Shown piece after piece: positions 24,883-40,982 of a stretch of DNA of 41,417 nucleotides. This DNA comes from Macrostomum lignano (Eukaryota): assembly GCA_002269645.1 (NCBI GenBank), contig NIVC01004579.1:1-41417 (forward strand), given 5' to 3'. The position numbers and the translations under genes are program-made. The stretch's first letter is position 1. The number at the start of each line of letters is the position of its first letter. Below the pieces are notes generated by a model, which was not told the origin of the DNA, searched no databases, and saw only the letters and a program-made list of their open reading frames with translations.

Positions 24883-25330
24883 CGTGTAGATTTGGGTAAT
24901 GTCACTGTGTAGATTTGGGTAATGTCACTGTAGATTTGGGTAATGTCACTGTGTAGATTTGGGTAATGTCACTGTAGATTTGGGTAATGTCACTGTGTAG
25001 ATAGGGGTAATGTCACTGTGTAGATAGGGGTAATGTCACTGTAGATATGGGTAATGTCACTGTAGATATGGGTAATGTCACTGTAAATTTGGGTAATGTC
25101 ACTGTAGATATGGGTAATGTCACTGTGTAGATTTGGGTAATGTCACTGTGTAGATTTGGGTAATGTCAGTGTAGATTCGGGTAATGTCACTGTGTAGATT
25201 TGGGTAATGTCAGTGTAGATTTGGGTAATGTCACTGTGTAGATTTGGGTAATGTCAGTGTAGATTTGGGTAATGTCACTGTGTAGATTTGGGTAATGTCA
25301 CTGTAGAATTTGGTAATGCATCTGTAGATT
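24883..25330. repeat. 21-23-bp minisatellite, right part
   Basis: Same unit as 22410-22689, about 19 copies. Confidence 0.92.
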
Positions 25331-25679
25331 TCTGATTTGCAGATTGCGTGTGTAAGTTTGAATTTCATCTTAGAGGCCATTTATTAATACTGACAGATTC
25401 TTCAGCCCTGACGTTGACTGAAACCGTATAGACGGTCTTTACATAAACGAATACAAATCATGAAATATGTAAACTATTACGACCTTCATTGATGAAGAGC
25501 TGCATCGGCCATTTTATTTTTACCTCGAAAGTTTATACCTAAATGGGAATTGCATGCGATAAAGTAATCACAGATAAAACTTTTTTTTTATTTTCACTGA
25601 GCAGCGCATAACTGCTTATTAATTTGGAGTTTGGATTTTGTGTTAATCTTTTTCGTATTATTGTATAATCTCGGCCTGT

Positions 25680-26200
25680 CTCTATAAAGAATCGTAGAAA
25701 CCTCCAGCTCACCATAAAGAATGGTAGAGTTCTTGGAGAAACATAGACCGCCCCAAAGAATATAGAAAAGCACTAAGTCACCCTAAATAATCGTAAAGAG
25801 CCCCATAAAGAATCGTAGGAAGCCCCATTTCATCCTGAAGAATCGTAGGAAGCCTCATTTCACCCCGAAGAATCGTAGGGAGCCCCATTTCACCAAGAAG
25901 AACATTAGAGAGCCCCATTTCACCCAGAAGAATCGTAGGGAGCCGCATTTCATCCTGAAGAATCGTAGGAGCCTCATTTCATCCTGAAGAATCGTAGGGA
26001 GCCCCATTTTACCCAGAAGAATATTAGGGAGCCCCATTTCACCCAGAAGAATCGTAGGGAGCCCCATTTCATCCTGAAGAATCGTAGGAAGCCTCATTTC
26101 ATCCTGAAGAATATTAGGGAGCCCCATTTCACCCAGAAGACTCGTAGGGAGCCCCATTTCACCCCGAAAAACCGTAGGGAGCCCTATTTCACCCCGGAGA
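25680..26200. repeat. 30-bp minisatellite (AAGAATCGTAGGGAGCCCCATTTCACCCAG)
   Basis: About 13 regular copies preceded by degenerate ones; source of the spurious EMGLPTIL minus ORF. Confidence 0.9.
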
Positions 26201-27034
26201 AGAGTTTGGGGCTTGTATTTATTATTTATTGTATTTTTGTATAGAGTCTCGGCAAAATTTGTTAATAATAATGGACTTCTTAATTGTGTTTTAAGGTTAA
26301 TGCTTGTTGTTTGTAATTGTACCGTCAATTATGCTAGGCCATATCAGTTGCAACAGTTTAATCACAATATACTAAATAATAACCAAAAACTTATTTTTGT
26401 TTTCCACTGTTTTCAACCTACTTGAAATCGCTTTGTATTATTATGTATGATAAGACTTCACTAAACCACTGTTTTTGTTCTGTCAAATACAGTTCTACCA
26501 GCTAACCAACCTTACTCATGTTTCTTGACACCTCACTCTTGTGCAACCACCTCACTTCCCTGTGCCCCCATTGAGAGTTCTATAACAAGTATTTTGAAAG
26601 ATTTTGTCTCCAAAATATTGATTATTTGCGATTGAACCATTTTACTTTGTGAGTGCTACTATATAATATTTCTCTGTGGGTACTCACACTATGTTATGTT
26701 ATCACTTTGAGATTTCTAACGCGCCAATATAGTCGTCAACCTCCAAAGTTTACAGTCTAATAATTGATGTCATAAAATGTTCTTCTCGTGTCGAATAAGA
26801 GATTAGACCTGTTTTAACGTATTCAGATCTATCGCCCACTTGTTTCAAATTTTGACTACTTTTCATATAATATTTTTTGCGTTACTACTCACCGATTTTG
26901 TTAAGTAGTGAGTTTATATATTATCTGTACAGTTTTTCTGTGGAGTATTTCTGATTTAAAAAGGGCTATGCTAAGAAGTTCTTGCGTTTGTTATTTTAAT
27001 GCTGTTATTTTATTAGCTTTTTATGAGCCTGTTT

Positions 27035-27480
27035 CTGGGGTAATTAGCATCACAGGTGGGCTATCTATGATAAATTAGCATCACAGGTGAGCTATCTGGG
27101 GTAATTAGCATCGTAGGTAAGGATATCTGGGGTAATTAGCATCACAGGTGGGCTATCTATGATAAATTAGCATATCAGGTGAGCTATCTGGGGTAATTAG
27201 CATCGTAGGTAAGGATATCTGGGGTAATTAGCATCACAGGTGGGCTATCTATGATAAATTAGCATATCAGGTGAGCTATCTGGGGTAATTAGCATCGTAG
27301 GTAAGGATATCTGGGGTAATTAGCATCACAGGTGGGCTATCTATGATAAATTAGCATATCAGGTGAGCTATCTGGGGTAATTAGCATCGCAGGTGAGGAT
27401 ATCTGGGGTAATTAGCATCACAGGTGAGGATATCTGGGGTAATTAGCATTACAGGTGAGGATATCTGGGGTTATAAACAT
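27035..27480. repeat. 30-31-bp minisatellite with a 92-bp three-monomer higher-order period
   Basis: Monomers GGGGTAATTAGCATCACAGGTGGGCTATCT, ATGATAAATTAGCATATCAGGTGAGCTATCT and GGGGTAATTAGCATCGTAGGTAAGGATATCT in fixed order; GGATATCT at 27121, 27213, 27305. Confidence 0.9.
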
Positions 27481-27720
27481 TCCAGATAAGGATCTCCGTT
27501 GCTATTGGGTTGCCAAGGTAGTAATTTTTTAGGGCTTAAAACCAATTATCACAGCCTATTAAATGTGAAAAATGTAATGAATGCATATAATTGACTATTT
27601 CAGAGCCCAACACCTGCCCCTGTCCTAACTGTACCAATGCCTAAGGGGCTAGCCTTAGGCTAGCACTAGTCGCATCCCAGAGGATTAAGAGAACAATTGT
27701 TAATAAAGAAAAGAATCAGA

Positions 27721-32207
<4,487 letters not shown>

Positions 32208-32351
32208 GCTGACCCGTCTTTTAAGGGGAATGGGGGATTAAGGAAAAGAATACCGCTACTATTTTTTTATTTTTTTGGACACTATGTTCGAGTTGGTCCA
32301 GCAATTGTTTTAGATTCTAAAAATATGCATTAATTTTCATCCTTAATCCCC

Positions 32352-33220
32352 ATTTGGGAGAATCGGTCTCAAATCCTCAATTTGGGAGAATCGGTCTCAA
32401 ATCCCCGTTTGGGAGAATCGGTCTCAAATCCCCTATTTCGGAGAATCGGTCTCAAATCCCCTATTTCGGAGAATCGGTCTCAAATCCTCAATTTGGGAGA
32501 ATCGGTCTCAAATCCTCAATTTGGGAGAATCGGTCTCAAATCCCCGTTTGGGAGAATCGGTCTCAAATCCCCTATTTCGGAGAATCGGTCTAAAATCTCC
32601 TATTTGGGAGAATCGGTCTCAAATCCCCGTTTGGGAGAATCGGTCTCAAATCCCCGTTTGGGAGAATCGGTCTCAAATCCCCGTTTGGGAGAATCGGTCT
32701 CAAATCCCCGTTTGGGAGAATCGGTCTCAAATCCCCTATTTCGGAGAATCGGTCTAAAATCTCCTATTTGGGAGAATCGGTCTCAAATCCCCGTTTGGGA
32801 GAATCGGTCTCAAATCCCCGTTTGGGAGAATCGGTCTCAAATCCCCGTTTGGGAGAATCGGTCTCAAATCCCCTATTTCGGAGAATCGGTCTAAAATCTC
32901 CTATTTGGGAGAATCGGTCTCAAATCCCCGTTTGGGAGAATCGGTCTCAAATCCCCGTTTGGGAGAATCGGTCTCAAATCCCCGTTTGGGAGAATCGGTC
33001 TCAAATCCCCGTTTGGGAGAATCGGTCTCAAATCCCCGTTTGGGAGAATCGGTCTCAAATCCCCGTTTGGGAGAATCGGTCTCAAATCCCCGTTTGGGAG
33101 AATCGGTCTCAAATCCCCGTTTGGGAGAATCGGTCTCAAATCCCCGTTTGGGAGAATCGGTCTCAAATCCCCATTTGGAGAATCGGTCTTAAATCCCCAT
33201 TTGGGAGAATCGGTCTCAAA
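32352..33220. repeat. 27-28-bp minisatellite GGGAGAATCGGTCTCAAATCCCCGTTT
   Basis: About 31 copies with no unique spacers; resumes at 33911-33975 after an insertion. Confidence 0.95.
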
Positions 33221-33545
33221 GGGTCTATGAGTATTTCCCGCAGGAATTTTTCCCGCCGAGCTTTCCCCGCACGAGTTTTTCCCGCACGAGATTTTCCCGC
33301 AGCGAGTTTTTCCCGCGACGAAAATTTGCCGCAGGAGCTTTCCCCGCACGAGATTCTCCCGCGGCGAGTTTTTACCGCGGCGAGAGTTTCCCGCAGGAAA
33401 TTTCCCCGTCGAAATTTTCCTGCCGAGCTTTTACCGCCGAGATTTTCCCGCACGAATTTTCCCCGCACAGACTTTTTCCAGCAGAAAGATTTTCCCGCAA
33501 GAAATTTCTCGTGATTGCCTGTTTACCTTCCTACCTTCCTACCTA

Positions 33546-33624
<79 letters not shown>

Positions 33625-33910
33625 GCCTGGCTGGCTGCCTGTGTCGAATTTATCAAAGAAAATCGCGTCTCTGCTAATAGCTTTTCTTTTTATAATTTCT
33701 TTCTTAAGGTAAACAGGCAATTACGAGAAGTTTCCTGCGGGAAACTCTCGCTGCGGTAAAAACTCGCTGCGGGAGAATCTCGTGCGGGGAAAGCTCCTGC
33801 GGCAAATTTTCGTCGCGGGAAAAACTCGCTGCGGGAAAATCTCGTGCGGGAAAAACTCGTGCGGGGAAAGCTCGGCGGGAAAAATTCCTGCGGGAAATTC
33901 TCGTGCTCCC
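33221..33910. mobile_element. Non-autonomous foldback DNA transposon, MULE-like, 690 bp
   Basis: GGG...CCC termini; ~190-bp inverted arms made of ~15-bp TTTCCCGCACGAG-type subunits; central (CTGT)n; 9-bp TSD GGTCTCAAA at 33212-33220 and 33911-33919 (10 bp if the terminal C is counted). Confidence 0.85.
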
Positions 33911-34599
33911 GGTCTCAAATCCCCGTTGGGAAAATCTTTCTCAAATCCCCGTTTGGGAGAATCGGTCTCAAACCTCAAATCTTCTTGTCCTTAAAAGTTC
34001 CCAGAATCTCCTTCATCCTCTCAAGAATTCGTGAGGAAATCTCATTTAGAAATGTTAATTTTCCACATTACAAACCTGGTGTAGATTAGTTTTCAACTAA
34101 TCGTTATACCCGTGCTGAATTATTAGTTTTATAGCTCATAAAATGCGCGATCCGCTGCTCCCGGTTTTACTGTTTACAAAATCAAATCTGCACTTTAATA
34201 TTTCGTATAGTTAAGTGCTTATGCCAAACCTTAAGTTTTTGCATGTACAGTTTTTAGTCTTTATTTTGCGTCTATGAAATATACTCGTAGTTTTTAAACA
34301 TATATATATGTATGCACTTTTCTTACCAGTTATTTACTTGCCCTGTTTGTACATATGTTTATGTGTAAATATTGCAGTATTTTAAAAAAACTAATGCTAA
34401 ACAAAAGTGCAAATAAAAATTCCTGCTTAATTTGTTATTTTTTAAGTTGCAATATAAGTTACAATGGCATAGTATCATATTTTATTTAAGTACTTTATCA
34501 GATCATCGTAAAAAGGTATGCTAGTAATACTAAATAAACAATCATAGCTTCGACCTGAGACTAGAGATCCATCATAGAGTCCTACATTAGAATTCTTCT

Positions 34600-35620
34600 T
34601 AAAGTCAGAATCCGTCACAGAGTCATGTAATCCTTCATTAAGTCATAAAGTCTGTCTTAGAGTCATATAATCAGTCATAGAGTCATAAAAACCATCGTAT
34701 AGCTATATAATCCGTCATAGAATCATAGAGACGGTCACAGAATCTGTCATAGAATCATAGAGACGGTCACAGAATCCGTCATAGAATCATAGAGACGGTC
34801 ACAGAATCCGTAAGAGTCACAGAATCCGTCAGTCATAGAATTCGTCATGCAGTCAATGGAATCTGTCATAGAGTTATAAAATCTTTCATAGAGTCATAGA
34901 AACCATAATATAGTCATAGAATCACATTACAAACCTGGTTTCTAGAGTCATAAAAACCATCATAGAGTCATAGAAACCATCATAGAGTCATAGAAACCGT
35001 CATAGAGTCAGAAACCGTCATATAGTCATAGTAACCGTCATAGAGCCATATTAACCGTCATAGAGCCATAGATACCGTCATAGAGTTATAGAAACCATCA
35101 TAGAGTCATATAACCCGTCATAGAGTCAGAATCCGTCATAGAGTCAGAAACCGTCATATAGTCATAGTAACCGTCATAGAGCCATATAAACCGTCATAGA
35201 GCCATAGATACCGTCATAGAGTTATAGAAACCATCATAGAGTCATATAACCCGTCATAGAGTCAGAATCCGTCATAGAGTCAGAAACCGTCATATAGTCA
35301 TAGTAACCGTCATAGAGCCATATTAACCGTCATAGAGCCATATTAACCGTCATAGAGCCACAGATACCGTCATAGAGTTATAGAAACCATCATAGAGTCA
35401 TAACCCGTCATAGTTATAGAATCCGTCATAGAGTCAGAAGCCATCATAGAGTCATATAACCCGTCATAGTTATAGAATCCGTCATAGAGTCATAGAAGCC
35501 ATCATAGAGTCATATAACCCGTCATAGTTATAGAATCCGTCATGGAGTCATAGAAGCCATCATAGAGTCATATAACCCGTCATAGTTATAGAATCCGTCA
35601 TAGAGCCCGTCATAGTCAGA
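34600..35620. repeat. ~20-bp minisatellite (AAACCGTCATAGAGTCATAG) upstream of DDX10
   Basis: Degenerate to regular copies with local higher-order duplications. Confidence 0.9.
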
Positions 35621-35750
35621 ACCCATCATAAAGTCCTGCTCCCTTGTAGCAGTCAGTCTGTCAGAAAATAACTCAATATTTTATTAAAAAAATCTAGCCA
35701 AAGTAATCTCTGTCCTATGCTGTAATTCCCTTCAAATTCCTTGCGTCGTC

Positions 35751-38700
35751 ATGGCAACAACAATAACAGAAGCGGCTGCATCTTCATCAGTCGATTCCCA
35801 GCAGCAGTCAAATAAATCCGACAAGCCGATTCGAAAGTTCGCCGATTTCCGCTTGAGCGCTCGGACATTAAAAGGCCTGTCTGGCGCCAATTTTTTCAAG
35901 CCAACCGACATTCAACGGTTAGCGATTCCGCCCGCGCTGTCCGGCTCCGACATTGTCGCCTCGGCCAAGACAGGCAGCGGCAAGACGCTGGCCTTTGTTG
36001 TGCCCGCCTTGGAGCTGCTTCACCGGGAGCGCTGGAGCCGCGATCTCGGACTGGGCGCTCTGATTGTGTCTCCAACCAGGGAGCTGGCCTATCAGATCTT
36101 CAGAGAGCTGCGACGTATCGGCGCGAAGCACCAGTTCTCGCTGGGCCTGGTCACCGGCGGCTATCACGATGTTAAAGAGCAGGGCTCTCGGGTTGGCAAG
36201 ATGAATATCCTGGTTGCTACGCCTGGCCGGCTGGTGCAGCATCTGTCTGAGAGGCCCGACTTGAGCACCGATAATCTGCGATTGCTAGTGCTGGATGAGG
36301 CTGATAGGTGAGGCAGTTTGTGCGCTGATAATTCATTTTTGTTTGCCTACTAAAGAGGCTTGTGCCATTCACTGCTATGAGTGCCAAACAACCCCCCCCC
36401 CAAGGCACAGAAAAGTGTACTTGTCTACGTGATTAGAAAGTCTGGGACGCTGCACACCCTGTGTGAGCGTGTCATAGCTCATAGAATCCGTCATAGGGTC
36501 AATAGAAACCACCATAAGAGTCATAGAAACCGTCATAGAGTCATAGAAACCGTCACCGACTCATAGAACCCATAGAGTCATAGAAACCGTCATAGAGTCA
36601 TAGAAACCGTCACCGACTCATAGAACCCATAGAGTCATAGAAACCGTCATAGAGTCATAGAAACCGTCACCGACTCATAGAACCCATAGAGTCATAGAAA
36701 CCGTCATAGAGTCATAGAAACCGTCACCGACTCATAGAACCCATAGAGTCATAGAAACCGTCATAGAGTCATAGAAACCGTCATAGAGTCATAGAAACCG
36801 TCATAGAGTCATAGAAACCGTCATAGAGTCATAGAAACCGTCATAGAGTCATAGTAACCGTCATAGAGTCATAGAAACCATCATAAAGTCATAGAAACCA
36901 TCATAGAGTCATAGAAACCGTCATAGAGTCATAGAAACCGTCATAGAGTCATGGAGTCATATAATCCGAATCCGTCAGACTCATAATTGGTCATAAAGTT
37001 ATAAAAACTGTCATAAAGTTCTAGAATCCGTTATAGAGTCCTAAAATCTATTAGCACTTTGAGCGCTTTGAGCACAAATCTCTGAACGCGGGCTTTTATG
37101 TACTCAGGAGTGAGCAGGATAGGCGGAATTGCCTATTGAGAGTTAAGCGTTAGGAATCGAACCCCCAACCTCCAAGTCGCGAGTCCGACGCTCTAACCAC
37201 AAGGCTACAACCCCACTCACTACTGCATGCACCAATCCAGAATCCTACATCTGGGCTTCAAGGCCGAGCTAGACGCTCTATTGGACTACCTGCCTGCCGA
37301 ACGCCAGACTCTACTGTTCTCGGCTACTCAGACGCGCAGCGTTCAAGATCTTGTCCGACTGAAAATGCGCCAGCCAGTCTGTCAAGTTGACGCCAGTAAG
37401 CTGGCTGCCACAGCAACGCCTGACGGACTCCGACAGGGTTTCGTTCGCTGCCAGTCTGTGTGCGACAAACCGCGCTACCTTTGGCAGTTCATCACTGGCA
37501 ATAGGCAGAGAAAGAGTATTGCGTTCTTTGCCACCTGCAAACAGGTGAGATTTGCCTTGCACCTTGCTACATTTTTCACAACCTGTAGATCTACCACGAT
37601 AAAAAAACGCACATCTCAAATCATTGCTTGACCCACAACCTCCTTACATCTACCACCGCCTGGATCTCCAACCTCTAGATTTATAATAATCTATAGATCT
37701 TAAACATCTGCATCTAGATGTCGCAGCCTCTAGATCTCTAAAACCTCTAGATCTCTCAAAACTCTAGATCTCTGAAACCTCTAGATCTCTAAAACCTCTA
37801 GATCTCTAGAACCTCTTAGATCTCTCAAACCTCTAGATCTCATTTCCACAGATCTCCAACTTCTAAATGTATCCCAACCCCAAGCACTCATAGATCTCAC
37901 AAACCTATAGGTCTCCAACCTTCACAACAAAATCTCCCCGATCTCCCATACCCGCCTTCCCAGGTTCGATTCTACAACGAGCTGTTCCTAAAACTTCGGC
38001 CCGGCGTCAGAATTCTCCAACTGCACGGCGGCATGACACAGCGCCGTCGAACGGCCGTCTACGACGAATTCGTCCGGGTGAAGCACGCCGTCCTGCTCTG
38101 CACAGATTTGGCCTCGCGCGGACTCGACTTTCCTGACGTTGATTGCGTCCTACAGGTGGACTGTCCGCCCGATCTGCGCACCTACGTGCATCGGGTCGGC
38201 CGGACAGCCAGGCTGAGTCGAACTGGCCGAGCCATTGTCCTGCTGCTAGACTGGGAGGCCGACACTTTGCCCAGCCTCCTGGCCGGCCTGAGGCCTCCTG
38301 TACACCTGGAGCCGGTTAAATTGCGCCTGCCAGTCAAATGGGACATTGTTGCTAAGCTGGCCGGATTAGTGGCCGCCGATTGCGAGCTGCGCGGCGTGGC
38401 CGAACGAGCGATTCGAACCTATTTGAAAACTTACGCTTGCTTTGCCGAACTCAAGCAGGTATGAGCTCTGCGTGATTGCTCTCCATCTATTGAGTTGTTT
38501 TTCCTGTCTCCATTTTATTGCTTTTCCATCCTACTCTATTCCCCACCCCCTCCCCATCTCCCATCTCCCCTCTCCCCTTTCCCCATCTCCCCTCTCCCAA
38601 TCTCCCCTCAATCCACCTCCCCTCTCCCAATCTCCCCTCTCCCAATCTCCCCTCTCCCAATCTCCCCTCTCCCCATTTCCCTTTGAACCATGCCCCCTCT

Positions 38701-39959
38701 TCCCATGTCGCATCGCCACATCTCCCATCTCACCCTCTCCCCATTTCCCCTTCACCCCGTCTCCCCTCACTCCATATTCTCCCCTCTCCCTGTCTCCCAT
38801 CTCTTTATCACAAATCTCTCCCTTTCAAGTCTCTGATCTCCCTATCTCCCCTCTTCCCATCTCCTATCTCCCTTCACCCCTCTCCTCATCTCCCCTCTCC
38901 CCTTCCCATCTCTCATCTCTCCTCTCCCCATCTCCCCATTTCCCGATTTCCCTTCTCCCATATCCCCTTTTCCCAACTCTCTCTCTTGTCCCCCACCCCA
39001 TTTCACCCTCTCTTATCTTTCCCCAAAATCTGAACTCTAATGTCTCTTTAATATCTTTACTCCACAGTCCGCTATAGGATGGTTACTAACCCGCTTAGCA
39101 ACTTTTTGGCCCAGGTATTCCAAGCCAACCGGTTAGACCTATTAGACCTGGCTCGCTCTCACGGCCTGGTCCGGGTGCCCCGCCTGCCCCGCTCCGTGCT
39201 GTCTCGCGTTCGGTTGCCCGACTATCAAGACGAAATTGTCGGCGACATTGCAGCCGCTTCCTCCGACGGCGACGGCGACGACAACGATGAAGGCGAGAAG
39301 ATAAGCGTCGATGCCGACAATGGCGATGATTTCTTAGTTGCTAAGCAGCCCGACAACGCCGAAGAAGCAGACAAAGCAGCTGTCAAACAGAATCAGATGC
39401 AGAAGCAAAAGAAGCAGACTAAACAGAACCAGCAGCCAATTGATGATCATCAACTGTTGAACGAATCCGACTCCGACGACAAGAGTACGTCGAAGCAGAA
39501 AAAGAAGAAGACTCTGACTAAAGCCAGGCTAGCCAAGCGCATTCTGAGCAAGGGTATCCGGCCGTTCACTCGAGTACTATTCGACGATGAAGGCGACGCC
39601 GTCGCCGATCCGCGTCGATTGCAAGTAGCCGTCGGGCCGAGAAACAAGTCGACGGCGAGGGCGAGGGCGAAGGCGAGGCAGGTCTGGCCATAGACAAAGC
39701 CAAGCGTCAACTAGAAGCGGAAGACATTGTGGACAAGCAGTTGTACAGGCAGATGGTTAAACAGCGACACCGAGAGGCTAAGGCTAAGGCTAAGGCTAGG
39801 CAGGCTAAGGCTAAAGCAGCCAGTTCCTCTGGTCCGTTCGCTAAGAAGCGACGAATAGTCTACGATGAAGAGAATAGTGACGCTGATGAAGATGAACAAT
39901 CTGAGGCCTCGGATGATGATGCTGATGAGAATGATGCTGATAATGAAAGTGACGATTAG
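35751..39959 (+). CDS. DDX10: DEAD-box RNA helicase DDX10/Dbp4 (SSU processome), ~733 aa; exons 35751-36307, 37241-37544, 37964-38458, 39115-39959 with an apparent 1-nt deletion near 39610
   Basis: Q motif [34 protein letters not shown]|ILHLGF across intron 1, FSATQT, FFATCKQ|[22 protein letters not shown]-terminal LARSHGL..PRL, VLFDDEG and [23 protein letters not shown] resemble recalled DDX10 sequence. Confidence 0.92.
36475..37040. repeat. 20-bp minisatellite (AAACCGTCATAGAGTCATAG) in DDX10 intron 1
   Basis: Same family and orientation as 34600-35620. Confidence 0.93.
37050..37214 (-). mobile_element. Probable tRNA-derived SINE (or tRNA pseudogene head)
   Basis: Minus strand GGGGTTGTAGCCTTGTGGTTAGAGCG (A box) ... 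GGTTCGATTCC (B box) at tRNA-like spacing. The stems pair poorly and there is no terminator T-run. It continues into a tail ending AAAGCGCTCAAAGTGCT. Confidence 0.6.
37660..37910. repeat. ~18-bp degenerate minisatellite (CTCTAGATCTCTAAAAC) in DDX10 intron 2
   Basis: Repeated TAGATCT cores. Confidence 0.8.
38530..39000. repeat. CT-rich tract with a 15-bp unit (TCTCCCCTCTCCCAA) in DDX10 intron 3
   Basis: Direct reading. Confidence 0.82.
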
Positions 39960-40194
39960 TTTAACAAATCACTTCCAGCACGTTTGTTTACTATTAAATT
40001 GATTATGTGCATTTTCTGCAGGTCATTTTTGCCTCTTTGGCCTTTTAAAAGTATAATGCATTGCTAATGATGAAGAATAGAACGAGGGCTAAAGTTAAAT
40101 GCTTGCTCTCTATTTGGTACATACTTTTTGTAGCATTTTATTTTGTCTTTGATTGAATGCATAAGACCTGTGTATGTAGGGTTTAACAGATTTT

Positions 40195-40900
40195 TATAGC
40201 ATTCAATTGATCTTGTAGTATTGGATAGATCTGTGTAGGTGTAGCATTGGATAGATCTGTGTAGGTGTAGCATTGGATAGATCTGTGTAGGTGTAGCATT
40301 GGATAGATCTGTGTAGGCGTAGCATTGGATAGATCTGTGTAGGCGTAGCATTGGATAGATCTGTGTAGGTGTAGCATTGGATAGATCTGTGTAGGCGTAG
40401 CATTGGATAGATCTGTGTAGGCGTAGCATTGGATAGATCTGTGTAGGTGTAGCATTGGATAGATCTGTGTAGGTGTAGCATTGGATAGATCTGTGTAGGC
40501 GTAGCATTGGATAGATCTGTGTAGGTGTAGCATTGGATAGATCTGTGTAGGCGTAGCATTGGATAGATCTGTGTAGGCGTAGCATTGGATAGATCTGTGT
40601 AGGTGTAGCATTGGATAGATCTGTGTAGGTGTAGCATTGGATAGATCTGTGTAGCATTGGATAGATCTATGTAGCATTAGATAGATCTGTAATAGCATTG
40701 GATAGATCTGCGTAGCATTGGATAGATCTGTGTCGGTGTAGCATTAGATAGATCTGTGTAGCATTGGATAGATCTATGTAGCATTAGATAGATCTGTAAT
40801 AGCATTGGATAGATCTGCTTAGCATTAGATAGATCTGTAATAGCATTGGATAGATCTGCGTAGCGTTGGATAGATCTGTAGTATTGGATAGATCTGTGCA
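40195..40900. repeat. 26-bp minisatellite GTAGCATTGGATAGATCTGTGTAGGT
   Basis: About 16 regular copies, then shorter 18-20-bp variants; source of spurious HRSIQCY ORFs. Confidence 0.95.
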
Positions 40901-40982
40901 GGATAAAGTCTAAATCATCATATATTCTCTACTTCATGCAATAATTCTAGAAGCAGAAGCAGGAACAATAAACTCAGCGACA

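Noticed and set aside
32352-33220. 27-bp partially palindromic repeats as a CRISPR array
   Set aside because: Units are head-to-tail with no unique spacers, there are no cas genes, and the context is eukaryotic
37147-37214. Functional tRNA gene
   Set aside because: Acceptor, anticodon and T stems pair poorly and there is no oligo-T terminator; kept as a SINE-like head instead
39625-39677. 53-nt GT-AG mini-intron that would repair the DDX10 frame
   Set aside because: GAG acceptor, purine-rich with no pyrimidine tract or branch site, and it would delete a plausible acidic linker
40064-40698. 197/171/144-aa repeat ORFs
   Set aside because: Translations of the 26-bp minisatellite
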